Shown here one piece after another: positions 40,928-51,700 of a stretch of 64,000 nucleotides of DNA. The number at the start of each line of letters is the position of its first letter. Position 1 is the stretch's first letter. Source of the DNA: a virus. The stretch lies in IMG/VR virus record IMGVR_UViG_3300027706_000007, positions 30,124 to 94,123 of that record; one strand, 5' to 3'. Made by a program: the position numbers and the translations under genes. The notes under the pieces were generated by a model, which was not told the origin of the DNA, made no database searches, and worked only from the letters and a program-made list of their open reading frames with translations.

Positions 40928-41221
40928 ATGATAGACCAGAAAAAATTAAGCGAAAAAGATGGGGGAGAGGTGGAAGCGTTCATAAAGAAATATAAAGGTA
41001 TGCGCTTTCACTGCTATGGTACGCACAAGAAAGGCATACCTATGACGCATGAAGCTAATACATTCTTCGGCTACGAGCACTCGGACGGTCTTGCCGATAA
41101 GAATGGTAAGCGGTGGTGGGTCTATGTATATTGCACTGAAGACGATTATGCGACCTCTTTCGTAAAACTACCTTTCTTGCTAGACAAAAAATCGGAGAGA
41201 GAAATATTGGCGCGTCACTAA
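40928..41221 (+). CDS. Hypothetical phage-type protein
   Basis: 'YEHSDGLAD...WWVYVYC' motif. Confidence 0.65.
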   Translation: MIDQKKLSEKDGGEVEAFIKKYKGMRFHCYGTHKKGIPMTHEANTFFGYEHSDGLADKNGKRWWVYVYCTEDDYATSFVKLPFLLDKKSEREILARH

Positions 41222-41538
41222 AATTCTGTAGGAACGCCGTAGAAATCATACTTTCGCGCGCCGTCTAACGCGTGGCACGCATCATTGCCTTCAACGCGCT
41301 TGAGAACCAGATGTAAAGTCTCGTGTGTAATTAAGTGTACGAATAAATCACATATATCTTTCTCGCCTTCCGTGAGCGCGGGTACGTGTTTAGCCAAGTC
41401 GGTAAGCGCGTCGTCGTCAAATGTGCCTATATACATGGTTTCCAAATCCTTAGCGCGCCTAGGGTTACGCGCGAATACGGCCGCGATATACTTTTGTCGG
41501 TCAAATATGTTTTCAAACGGTTCGATATTCGTTATCAC
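41218..41538 (-). CDS. Small HExxH zincin-like protein
   Basis: ITHETLHLVL; GAGGTGA RBS. Confidence 0.65.
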   Translation of the reverse strand: MITNIEPFENIFDRQKYIAAVFARNPRRAKDLETMYIGTFDDDALTDLAKHVPALTEGEKDICDLFVHLITHETLHLVLKRVEGNDACHALDGARKYDFYGVPTEF

Positions 41539-41638
41539 AGATTTGTCACCTCGTATTACCCTACGCGACTAAAATATATAAAGTTTGTTAAGTATCCGCT
41601 CTAACTGATGGAGAAAAAATATAAAAAACGTTGGCGCG

Positions 41639-42184
41639 CTAAGTTAAGAGAGGAAATGTAATTCCCGCTACTAGGTTCGCGGTTTTCTGAATCAGGATGC
41701 GCAGATTGGCTTCGATTTCATATTTCGCGTTGTCAAATGTTTGATTTTTTTGCGTGACGCGTGCAATTGCTACTACCCAGTTCAGTGTGTCGTTTTCGCT
41801 TTTGCCTGTGATTGTAACGCGATATAGCCACTCTTCATCGCCATGGAGTTTATGGTTTGTTTTTTCTACTCCATAGCCGAGTTGTACTATATCGTTTCCG
41901 TCTACGCTTTTATAGTCGTGGGGTTTGCCGTACGCGCCAGAAATATCGTACTTTTCCTCACCCTTACGTTTCATGTAAAAAATAAAGTTCGCTGCGAGAT
42001 ATGAAACATCATCGTTCCGTCCGGTGTTCCACTGATAGAATTCGTAAAGGTCGGGTATCACGGCACTTGGATAACCATCTGAATGTCGGTATATTTGCGC
42101 TTCCTCTCGCCACGTTTTCTTTTTGCCGTCCTGTGTCTTGTATTCCCCTTCTCGTACGAACAGAATTTGACATCTCGTACTCAT
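41639..42184 (-). CDS. Conserved phage protein with MSTR N-terminus and YxHxDGYP motif
   Basis: MSTRCQI...IYRHSDGYPS...HGDEEWLY. Confidence 0.75.
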   Translation of the reverse strand: MSTRCQILFVREGEYKTQDGKKKTWREEAQIYRHSDGYPSAVIPDLYEFYQWNTGRNDDVSYLAANFIFYMKRKGEEKYDISGAYGKPHDYKSVDGNDIVQLGYGVEKTNHKLHGDEEWLYRVTITGKSENDTLNWVVAIARVTQKNQTFDNAKYEIEANLRILIQKTANLVAGITFPLLT

Positions 42185-42299
42185 TTTTTCACCTCGGCAC
42201 CTCTGATGCGCCAGACGTATATAAAGTTTGTTTTAAAAGTTGAGCGAGTAAAAAATCTGATAAATGTTTATATAGGATTGCTCGCTTCCCAAAACCGAG

Positions 42300-43533
42300 G
42301 TGAATGGAATGAAAACGCTAGAAAGGGAATCGAAAAAGGATAATTACCTGTTCGAACTGTGGAAATTCCAGCGCGCGGGAAGAATTTATTACGAACTTGA
42401 TGTTACTGATACTGAAACTGAGAAGAAACAGAAACTTATAGTTCAGTCTCACGGGATGCTGGCCACGTTGGATTTTCTCCATGACTGGGACGTACAGGGG
42501 AGTGTGTGAGGAATGACTGATAAATCATTTCGCGCGAAAACAATAAAATATTACAAGCGATACTGTGGGCAGAAGCAATATTACCGTGATAGTGAAGCCC
42601 TAAAAGATGACCTGAAATTGCTTGAGAGTGATTACGAGCGGTATAAGCGAGATACTGAAACGCCGAGAGATGTACTCGAAGAAATTTTGACCGACACACA
42701 GAACCAAATACAAGCAATGAGACAGCTATTACAAGAAAGAGGTGAGTGAGAAAATGGAGGATATAGACATTTCTAACCTGTCAGCTAGAAAACACACTAA
42801 AAGTATCATACTTGCTGCCTTACAGAATGGAGATAATGTCATAAGAAATGGCCATTATATCGTAAATAATATAGGGATAACAACATACATAAGCTACGAA
42901 CACTTGACTCCCACGGAGTTACGCGCCATTGCAAATTACAAGCAATTTCAAGAACGTGTAAAGAAACACATATACATATAAAGTTCTTGGAGCCGCGTAA
43001 GTAAATTGAATATCGTTACTTACTTCTTGCAACTATTTTTTGTGTTAGTCGTTCTACCATTTGTCATAGCGGGAATCGCTTACGCGCTAGATTATGCACT
43101 CAAAAATTAGCGCGCACGAGTAAAAGTTTTAGTCACCTTTATATATTCATTTAACGTTACGCGCAATATGGAACAAAGAGACCCAGCAAAAAAAGATGAG
43201 ATTGAAATCTCTGTAGTTCACACGCCTCGTCAATTACCAGTGATAAAAATAGGTAAAAGAAAGTACTATATCGACGAGCGTTCTATATATTTCTATACCT
43301 ATAAAACGCCTGATGGGTTAATCCACATCCAAGACATAATAGACACAAGTGATTCACTAATAGGTAAGCATCATGTTTACACACTTGAAGACTTCAAAAA
43401 ATGGAGTAAAAAGATAAACAAAAAGAAGATAATTGATTTCGGAGAAGCTAGTTCCTGCGTTTGCGGTTTAGAAGCCGGAGAGAAAAAACAATATGACGAC
43501 TTCTCGGTGAAATTTAACACGAAAGCGAAATAA
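42300..43533 (+). other. Small hypothetical ORFs (42300, 42513, 42742, 43168)
   Basis: GAGG/GGTGA RBSs and coupled junctions. Confidence 0.6.
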
Positions 43534-43583
43534 AATTTTTTCAGAATCTTTATATACTCGCGAAAACAATATGCGCGCTAGAG

Positions 43584-43913
43584 GTGAACGAAAAAATGAG
43601 AATGAGCGCGACAAAATTTTCGGTTTATGTACCCACGGGGGACGACTTCAACGAACACGCGGACACGTATACTAAGGAGATATCAGAAAAATTCGGTGGC
43701 TGTACCGAAATACCGTTTAACGGGGCATGGATAGACCCCGCGACACATCAAATAGTGCGCGACTTCGGCGTAATTCTCTATACGTACGTGGACGGATTGC
43801 GCGATTCTGAAGCGCGCGAATTTTTCACCCAACTTGCCAACCGCATCAAGACCGAATTAGCACAGCAAAGTGTTCTTATATCTGAAGAACCGGCAAAAAT
43901 AGACTTCATTTAG
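43584..43913 (+). CDS. DUF3574 / SAM-lyase-like PII-fold protein
   Basis: FGGCT...GAWID...V.D...KTELAQQSVL pattern. Confidence 0.55.
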   Translation: MNEKMRMSATKFSVYVPTGDDFNEHADTYTKEISEKFGGCTEIPFNGAWIDPATHQIVRDFGVILYTYVDGLRDSEAREFFTQLANRIKTELAQQSVLISEEPAKIDFI

Positions 43914-43991
43914 GTGCGTTTTTAGGCGCGGTAAATTTTTTAGTAAATTTTATATAGTTCGGTCAACGCTTAGCGCGCGGGAGGTGGAAAA

Positions 43992-44207
43992 ATGGGAAAA
44001 TTGGGTAGAGCCGCGTTGATAACACTCGCGTTCGCCATACTCGCGGCCGCGGTATATTTCGTCGTCCAGTATATCCTTTCACGGATTCCGCCCGAACTCC
44101 TAGACTTGGCACTCTCGCTTATCGCGGTCGGTGTAGTAGTCGGTGAAGTGGCTCTCGTATACGAGAGGAGCCAGAACGTGAAACTCCCGCGATTAGTGAA
44201 GGACTAA
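43992..44207 (+). CDS. Two-transmembrane protein
   Basis: Two hydrophobic helices; GAGGTG RBS. Confidence 0.7.
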   Translation: MGKLGRAALITLAFAILAAAVYFVVQYILSRIPPELLDLALSLIAVGVVVGEVALVYERSQNVKLPRLVKD

Positions 44208-44299
44208 ACACGAGAGAAACCGCGGGCGTGTTTTTTTAGCGCGCCCTAATTTTTTTATTTAGTCAGCTTTATATACGCGATAGTTTGCTATGCGCGCGT

Positions 44300-44524
44300 A
44301 TGATGTATATTTGCGACCGATTCGAACAAACCGCGCAAAAAGCGGTAGAGAATGTACTCGAAGCGATTAAATTAGATGTTACGTTAGACGTTAAAGAGAT
44401 TAAAATAAACGAAAAAGAAAATTCGTTCACGGTTAGCGCGGTAATTAATGGCGCGCCGAAAATTTTAGAAGGCGTGGTTACACGCGAGCGTAAGGGCTGG
44501 TTCGCGCTAATATATGGGTTTTAG
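44300..44524 (+). CDS. Small beta-rich protein, paralogue of 45733-45987
   Basis: Shared 'DV.EI...F.V...NG...L.G..TR..KG' pattern. Confidence 0.7.
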   Translation: MMYICDRFEQTAQKAVENVLEAIKLDVTLDVKEIKINEKENSFTVSAVINGAPKILEGVVTRERKGWFALIYGF

Positions 44525-44593
44525 GCGCGATAAATTTTTCAGCAATATATTTATATAGTTATCAAAGCTAGTGTAAGCAGAGGTGATAAAGGA

Positions 44594-44848
44594 ATGGAAA
44601 GAAAGACATGTGAATGTTGCGGACTCAATAAAGCAACAATATCAGAGTGGCGCGACTTTAAATATGATGGCTATGATGGATATGCAAGAAACTTTAATAT
44701 TTGTTCTAAATGCTTCAATCTAAACAATTACTGGTTTCTCGAACTACTGAACGCAAAGCCAGAGCAAAAAATGAGAGTAATAAAAGCAATGTTCAATGAA
44801 AACAGTACAAAGAAAATTAGGCGCAGGTGGCTAGTGAAAGGTGACTAA
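44594..44848 (+). CDS. Zinc-finger protein
   Basis: CECC...CSKC. Confidence 0.65.
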   Translation: MERKTCECCGLNKATISEWRDFKYDGYDGYARNFNICSKCFNLNNYWFLELLNAKPEQKMRVIKAMFNENSTKKIRRRWLVKGD

Positions 44849-44965
44849 GTGATTGATATTTGAACATTTATCACGAGTGAGTAACCGCGCGTTTTAAGCG
44901 CGTTAAAATTTTTCAGCAAGCTTTATATAGTTTTGGCGCGCTAGGGTTAGCTGGTGAAAAACCAC

Positions 44966-45379
44966 ATGAGCGAAATAGAACAAATCCAGTTATACCGCGG
45001 TGCCGTAAACAACACATGGGTGCGATACGGTCTTTCAGAAGCACTAGTCTATTACGACAACACAGTCAAGCCAGAGAATGAAACAGGATATAAGGCCATT
45101 CTCAGCCAAGACGGGAAAGTCGTGTCAATCGTGAGTAAACGCTACACAGTCATACCACACGCATACCTCAAAGAAAAAGCTCAGTCGTACGGGTTAACTC
45201 TCGTACGTGAACGCGGTGATGATTTATCGCGCTACTGGGAAGGCGACTTCACAATAGCCAAACTACCAAAGAGTGAAGTAAAAATCGGTGATGTAGTGGA
45301 AACACGACTTAAAATCGTCAATTCACTGGACGGGAATAGGGGCCTAAACTTCTTTATGGGTTCTTTCAGACTTGACTAA
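44966..45379 (+). pseudogene. DUF932-family protein, N-terminal half (cut by inversion)
   Basis: VSKRYTVIPH...IVNSLDG...GSFRL, stopping just before the expected VCSNG motif. Confidence 0.85.
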
Positions 45380-45732
45380 AAAATCCGCGCGCTAAAAAAA
45401 TCTACTCACGCAAGTCATCAAGCAACCGCTTGTATTCGTGTAACTCTCTCGTGTACTTTCGTACTAAGGCGCGCCCGATTGTTGTATTGTCGTTTAGCGC
45501 TCTCTCAAGCGCCTTTATTGTCTTCTGTTTCACTCAAGACCTATCCTCCGTTCAGTATATGCTTGTATTATATCTTCACGAATTCGGTCACATATCGCGC
45601 ACGGCCCGTCACATTCCTCACCTGAGATGTGTTCATTCATACTCTCACTCATCTTCTACTTCACCTCAGCACGCGTATCGCTAAAGCATGTATATAAGGG
45701 TGACTAAAAAATTATCGCGTAAAAAATTCACG

Positions 45733-45987
45733 TTAGTCGAATTCTATCTTTTCCAATTCCGCACTCGCAACGTATCCCTTTTTGCTTCGAGTGATTGAAC
45801 CCGTTAAAGTATAGACTTCTCCATTAGCTACTATTGTGACACTGAAGTGTTTATCATTGTCTTGTAGCTGTATTTCACCTACATCAGTGACATCACGCAA
45901 AAATTCAACTCTCCGTAATATGCTGTTTATTGCTTCAAGTGAATCGCGTTCAGGCGTGCTTTCGTAATACTCCGTCATTTTTTCCAC
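45733..45987 (-). CDS. Small beta-rich protein, paralogue of 44300-44524
   Basis: Shares the pattern given for the paralogue; module promoter upstream. Confidence 0.7.
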   Translation of the reverse strand: MEKMTEYYESTPERDSLEAINSILRRVEFLRDVTDVGEIQLQDNDKHFSVTIVANGEVYTLTGSITRSKKGYVASAELEKIEFD

Positions 45988-46038
45988 CGCAAATAAGGCA
46001 CGTGCTAAAGTATATAAACTTGACTAAAAAATCGCGCG

Positions 46039-46245
46039 CTATAAATCGCATATTAACTCTGCGTATGCGTATCCGCTGTACGCGGCGGTGCGTTCACAAT
46101 AATCGCATTCACATCTATGCTTTTGACCGGTGAGCGGAGAGATTATTATCCCATCCTTCAGCGGTGACGGGGGCGTGTCCCATACATCAGAAGGCATTTT
46201 CTTAAAATGTTTCTTACAAACAAATACAGCTATTGTATCTTCCAA
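46039..46245 (-). CDS. Small zinc-finger protein
   Basis: CKKH...CECDYC; module promoter and GCGGTG RBS. Confidence 0.6.
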   Translation of the reverse strand: MEDTIAVFVCKKHFKKMPSDVWDTPPSPLKDGIIISPLTGQKHRCECDYCERTAAYSGYAYAELICDL

Positions 46246-46338
46246 TTTTTCACCGCGAATAAAGCACACGCTAAGGTATATAAGTTTAACTAAAAAATTT
46301 AAGCGCGATAAAAAAATGTGGCGCGCGCCCGCGTTGAT

Positions 46339-46755
46339 TTACGAGCGCGCGATTATTTCAGCTAATACCGCGTGTAATTGCTGTGTGTATGTCGTAGCTG
46401 TGCGCGGCGTGAGGTCTTGATGTGAGGTGTATTCAGTTACTTCATTGAACACATCCCAGAGTGTCGCGTTCGGATTCGTTACGTTTATTTGTCGTTCTGG
46501 GTTCTGTTTCGTTTTGCGCGTTAGTTCTATTGACTTGAATACTTTTGAAGGTAGTGTATTCAGCAATTCGTTCGCAATCTCGGGAGTTATTTGTCGTTCT
46601 GCGAGTTGGCGATAAAATTCGAGTAGTTCGTGCCCCGCTGATTCGGCCTGCGCGATTACTTGCGTGATTATTCCGTCCAATTTGTCGATATTTCCACGGT
46701 GGACTACTGAGGTGGATACGAGTTCATCAGGCGCGACTGCCCCGTTCGAACATAC
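46339..46755 (-). pseudogene. DUF932-family protein, C-terminal half
   Basis: VCSNGAV...VVHRG...TLWDVFNEVTEYTSH. Confidence 0.85.
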
Positions 46756-46784
46756 AAGTTTATATACGCGCTAAAGCGTTACGC

Positions 46785-47072
46785 GTGGTAATGAGCCAAA
46801 ACGTGAACGGGATGGAAATGCGCGCGGAAAACGCGCAAGTGATTAGTGCCACTGATGAAGCACTTACACAAATACGTACGCGCCACGCAGATATAATGCA
46901 GGATGTTCGGTTCGAAAAGGGGTCAACCGAGTGTATCTTACGCGTTTATCCAGCGAGACGCGATAAGATAATCACGGGTGTCGTACTCGAAATCTTGTAT
47001 GGTTATGGCTACATGCTGGTGTCCGTGAATCTTAAGCGGGGTGGATACATCTTACTGCTAAAGAAAGCCTAA
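46785..47072 (+). CDS. Hypothetical protein whose promoter is cut at the inversion boundary
   Basis: Keeps TTTATATA but has lost the upstream T-run/AGT part of the module. Confidence 0.65.
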   Translation: MVMSQNVNGMEMRAENAQVISATDEALTQIRTRHADIMQDVRFEKGSTECILRVYPARRDKIITGVVLEILYGYGYMLVSVNLKRGGYILLLKKA

Positions 47073-47078
47073 GCAACT

Positions 47079-47181
47079 TTCCAGTGGAAACGCTGGTCGC
47101 GCTCGCGGATTTCCAGTGCCGCGGGGGCGAAAGCTTTATATACCCCATACGGGGGGCGAGCGCGAGCGAAAGCTTTATATA
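47079..47181. promoter_or_regulatory. Candidate replication origin / regulatory region with an ORB-like box and direct repeats
   Basis: TTCCAGTGGAAAC, a second TTCCAGTG followed by a G-string, and GCGAAAGCTTTATATA twice. Confidence 0.35.
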
Positions 47182-47406
47182 GCGCGCGGCCTGCATAAAA
47201 ATTCGGGAATACACAGAACTCGACCACGCGTTAAATAGCGCGGTTTGCGTGGAGTGAGGTCTCCCCGCAACGTGCGGGGCTATAGGTATATAAAAATACA
47301 TAAAAAACTAAAGAAAAACCAATACTGGGTCGCGTGTCCCGGTTAGTTTAGTTTTGCGGAAATCTTTATATATATAAAGTATCCGCGCGAGTTAAGGGAG
47401 ATTTAA

Positions 47407-47637
47407 ATGAAAAAAACGTCATGTGAGCATTGCTGGCACAGTTTTGTGACCGAAGTTGTAAGATATGGGAAGAATATACATGGCCCTTTTTGTGTGTCCC
47501 ATCCGGAAGCAAAGAGAGTCCATGAGCATAATTTTTTACTTCATAAAAAGAAATGCTGCAAATGCGGCATAGGCAAAGTACTTTACGAAGATTACATTGA
47601 CCCGGGAGAACCGAACGAGTATGCATATACAGTATGA
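47407..47637 (+). CDS. Cys/His-rich small protein
   Basis: CEHCWH...CCKCG. Confidence 0.6.
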   Translation: MKKTSCEHCWHSFVTEVVRYGKNIHGPFCVSHPEAKRVHEHNFLLHKKKCCKCGIGKVLYEDYIDPGEPNEYAYTV

Positions 47638-48639
47638 AATTAATCACCGGCTCCGCGATGTGTACGAGAACGCGACCGCGCAAATGGAATCTAACCGCGC
47701 GCTTTATAGAACCATACTCGAATACAATTTCGAAGAATTGGGAACTGTGGGAGAGATTGATACAACTATTTTTATGTCTATTCGAAATGCGGTGGATGTA
47801 CACGATTCGAGAGTAGCTTGGATTTCTTTCCTCTTCTAAATTTTAAGAATTCTTTTTATATACGCGATTTACCTAAGTGAGCGTGCCCGAGTGAATATGA
47901 ATATACATCGGAAGATTAATAGAAGTCTCACTAATGTATGCCACAGTGAGAGAGAGCGAATGATACATAATAGATACACTATTTTTCATACTTTGTCCAG
48001 ATATGACTTTATGGGAATCGATGCCGTAGGGGAAATTGATAACGGCAGTTTTAGGCTTGTCCATGACCCAAGATATATACGCGATGAAAAAATAATTTGG
48101 ATTTGGCTGCTTTAACTTTTTAAGAATTCTTTTTATATATGTGCGATATATCCGAGTGAATATGCGCATCCGTCAGAAGATTAATAATAAACTCCGCGCT
48201 ATGTGCGTTAGTGAGGGCGAGCAAATTGAAGATGATGTTAGACTCGCGTTTTATTGTATTTTAGGCAGATATAACTTCGAAGGTCTTAATACCATAGGGG
48301 AAATTAATAGAGCCGTTTTTATAACTACCTCCAAACCCCGTATGTATTTATACGATGAAAAAATAGCTTGGATTTGGATGTTTTAAATTTTTATATTTTA
48401 AGGAATCCTTTTATACACGCGGGGCGCGCCCAGACGGTATGTATATACGTTGGAAAATTCATCACTGTCTTGAGTCCATGTATAATAATGCGGATGTGAG
48501 AATGAAATCTAATTTTACGTTTTATAAAACTGTCCTCAAATATAATCTGGTGGAGTTCGAAGTCGCGGTAGACATCGATGACGGTCTTTTCAGGACTATT
48601 CACAATGTGAGAGATTTAAATGCTGACTATTATTTCTGA
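47621..48639 (+). other. Four tandem paralogous ~70-aa ORFs (47621, 47897, 48162, 48439)
   Basis: MxIxxKINxxL...YNF...GEID motif. Three are preceded by a TTTTAAG(G)AATTC/CCTTTTTATA-type promoter. Confidence 0.8.
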
Positions 48640-48790
48640 TTAGGTGGGTGGTGAAATTGGTACAGAAGGAAATTTCAGACATTGTGCTGAAGAAAAAGAA
48701 GGCATCTCCAGATATTTCTATTTTACAATACTTCACCTTTTCTCCAGAGATGATTCGCCTTCTTTTCGAAACAAAAAAAGTGAGTAAGAA

Positions 48791-51700
48791 ATGACCTCTT
48801 TGACCGGGGAAGATTTTTTAACTGCGAAAAATATTAACGAACGTATCTATACCGCGGAATTTGAATGTGGATATGTGATTACTAATAAATTAATATCTGA
48901 GTTTTTAGATATGTTTAAAATAAATTTTGAAAATATCCTTTTTGAAGTTATATTTTCAATCGAAAGCACGCTAGCTGCTGAACGCAAGCTGTGTATACAT
49001 ATGGACGATGAGTTCGATTTAATCGTTTAATTGTGTAAATTTAAAAATTTAGTAATTCTTATAAAGTTACGCGCGTATGTGTGCGTATATGCGACAAATA
49101 TCCGTCCCGTATAGGATTATTGAATTAAGTTTAATCGAGTTATATCTCGATAAAATAATATCTCTCGATTTCTCAGACGTAATATCTTTCGATTTCCCAG
49201 ACGTGCGGCATTTTATGCAAGAAACAGAAAAATGCGCCTGTGAAACTTTAAGTCCATGTACGCACTTTTCATATGTCATTCGCGGAAACGCGCGCTTTTA
49301 AAAATTTAGTAATTCTTATAAACGTCCGCGCTTGAATATGATGAGTAAAAATGGATTTTTTGACCCTGCGCAAATCAGACTTTTCTACCGCGAAAGAAAT
49401 TAATAAGGGTATTCATATTATGGTATATGATTGTAATGTCGTGATTGCTGATGATTTAGTATATTGGTTTTTAAGAGGATTTCAAAACAATTTTGAGGAC
49501 AACCTTTTCGATGTTGCTTTTTCAATTGAGAGCGCGCTAATCAGAGAGTACGAGTCTTGTATACACATAGATGACGCGTTTGAGTTACTCTTTTAAAAGT
49601 TTAGTAATTCTTATAAACGCGGTGCGCGACGCGCGATACGTGTATAAAACAATTAAGCAAATCAACGTCGCAGTTTTTGAGTTTCACGATAATTTCTACT
49701 CTATTGATTTACCTCGTGATGAGGATATTCGAATCGCTTTAAATAGGCTTCCGGTTGGTGCTATATATGATAGAACTTCTGATATTGAACGTGGTATGAT
49801 AGAGTCTTTTAAACCGGCTAAACTCATCAGGCCTTATTACGAGGATAAATTTGTTTTCATCTTGACAAACCAAATCTTTGGATAAGGTGGGTGATATGCG
49901 CAGATACGATACGCCTCTCTTCGATAAAGAAGTACGTTATGCTTAAATGTAAACAGACATAACATGCTTTTAGCCGCGCAACTTGTGTACATTGTTTTTT
50001 CAGAAATCTTTATAATATCAGTTTTTCTGTGATAGCCTATGAATAAGCAAACAATGCTTAAGAAAGTTTATTTTATACATGAAGGCGGTTTTGGAGCATC
50101 GGCAGCGGATGTGTTTGTTAAAGGTATTAAAAAGATAGAGACTGAAAAAGAAGCGTATAAACGCTATGATATTGACTATTATATGCCAGATTGTAAATAT
50201 GTCTCTGCCTTTCTGAAAGAACACCCAGAATATGTGTATGTAGGGTCAACCGATAATATGCATGAACGTGGTTGGGGTATGAACTTAGACCGATATACTT
50301 TAGTACAACCACCAAAATTGTAGTTTCAGTATAAGTGGCTATAAAATGTTTAAACGAATTGAACCTATAACTTGTGTACGCCCAGTTTGTAAATATCTCG
50401 ATGACAATATTTCTTTAGTGGATAGGAGATTTTGGAGGAGCGCATTTTATAAAGACCGCGCTTTATGTGAGAATTCGCAATATATTGATTATATCTGTCG
50501 CGAAATCGAGCGCGGGATTTGCACACTAATTGTAAAAAGAGATTTATCTTTAGATAATGACGATGATGTTCGCGCACTTTTGTTCATTGGTATCATTTAA
50601 AATATTTTCACATAATCCTTATAAGCGTAAATATTTACTCATTTAATAATGTTTAAACAATTTACACCTGTAAGGTGCAGACATCCAATCTGCACTTATC
50701 TTAATGATACCATTGTCTCCTCATCTATGGATTCTGATAAAAATGTGTTTGGCATAGGCAATTCCGTACGCACGAATTTACTATATATTGATTTTATTCG
50801 TCGCGATATCGAACGCGGAGTTTGTATGTTAATTGTAAAAAGAGAGTTACGTTTAGATGACGTTTCTCCTCCAGTTTTGTATGTTGATTTCTTTTAAAAA
50901 AAGAGCAATTTTTATAAACATCGAGTTTGCGCGTATATCGCATGAGGCATTATGACACTCCGATTATTGAAGACGTGCGTATTTCGAGACAACTAGATTA
51001 TGCTTGTATGGGTATATGTAATATACTGTTTACTCCTTTACCAACAGAAGTGCTAAACATTATGTCCGCGACCAAAATATTCGCGAATGGACGAGATGAA
51101 AAAATATGGGAATATTAACAATCATTAAAAGAGAGGGCGATGTGACATATCGTATTATAAGGCCGAATATAACATTACCACCAACTGCGAATGTTGGGAG
51201 AAATACACTTGAGGTTCTGGTTACATTTGCTGAACTAGAATATCCTCAAATGATAGGTACTTTGCGCAAACTTAATTTTTTAGATGGCTTAACGTTATCG
51301 ATTATAGGAACTATAGAACAAATTTATATGGATTATCTACCTCTAACTTTTTATATTACTCGCGCCGATGCATCTGCACCATTAAAGGCGGGATAAAAAT
51401 GCGTATTTGTAGAAAATTTAGTTCCGAGTTAGCAGAATTGTATGAGTCTATGCTGTCTCCTGAAGAGCGGCGGCGATTACCACCTGTATTTTCTCATCCT
51501 TATATGTTATTTCCTTTTTCTGGGGGCGATATAATGCCGGCGCGCCAGCAGAATAGCTGGGGTTATATTACCTATACTATTCGAGGAGAATTATTAAATT
51601 TTTTGAGAGCGAAAAACAAAAAAGTACGCATAATAGCCGGATTTAATGTATAATTTTTGGGGATGTATAAAATGCGTATTTGTAGAAAACTTAGTTATGA

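Larger units (their letters stand above)
45375..46754. other. 1380-bp inverted segment bounded by ACTTG (45370-45374) and CAAGT (46755-46759)
   Basis: Re-inverting it restores the DUF932 ORF, a full promoter module and uniform plus-strand orientation. Confidence 0.88.
43100..46770. repeat. About 10 copies of an intergenic module, roughly T-run/GCGCG/T-run/AGT(C/T)A-NNN-TTTATATA (terminator plus early promoter)
   Basis: Copies near 43110-43146, 43535-43556 (lacks the GCGCG part), 43919-43957, 44230-44275, 44519-44557 and 44891-44930 (+); 45691-45729, 46011-46045 and 46277-46317 (-); one copy split between 45375-45400 and 46755-46766. Confidence 0.8.

Noticed and set aside
45402-45652. Second apparent TGA-readthrough ORF on the minus strand
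   Set aside because: On recounting, these are two small ORFs in different frames coupled by a GTGA overlap.
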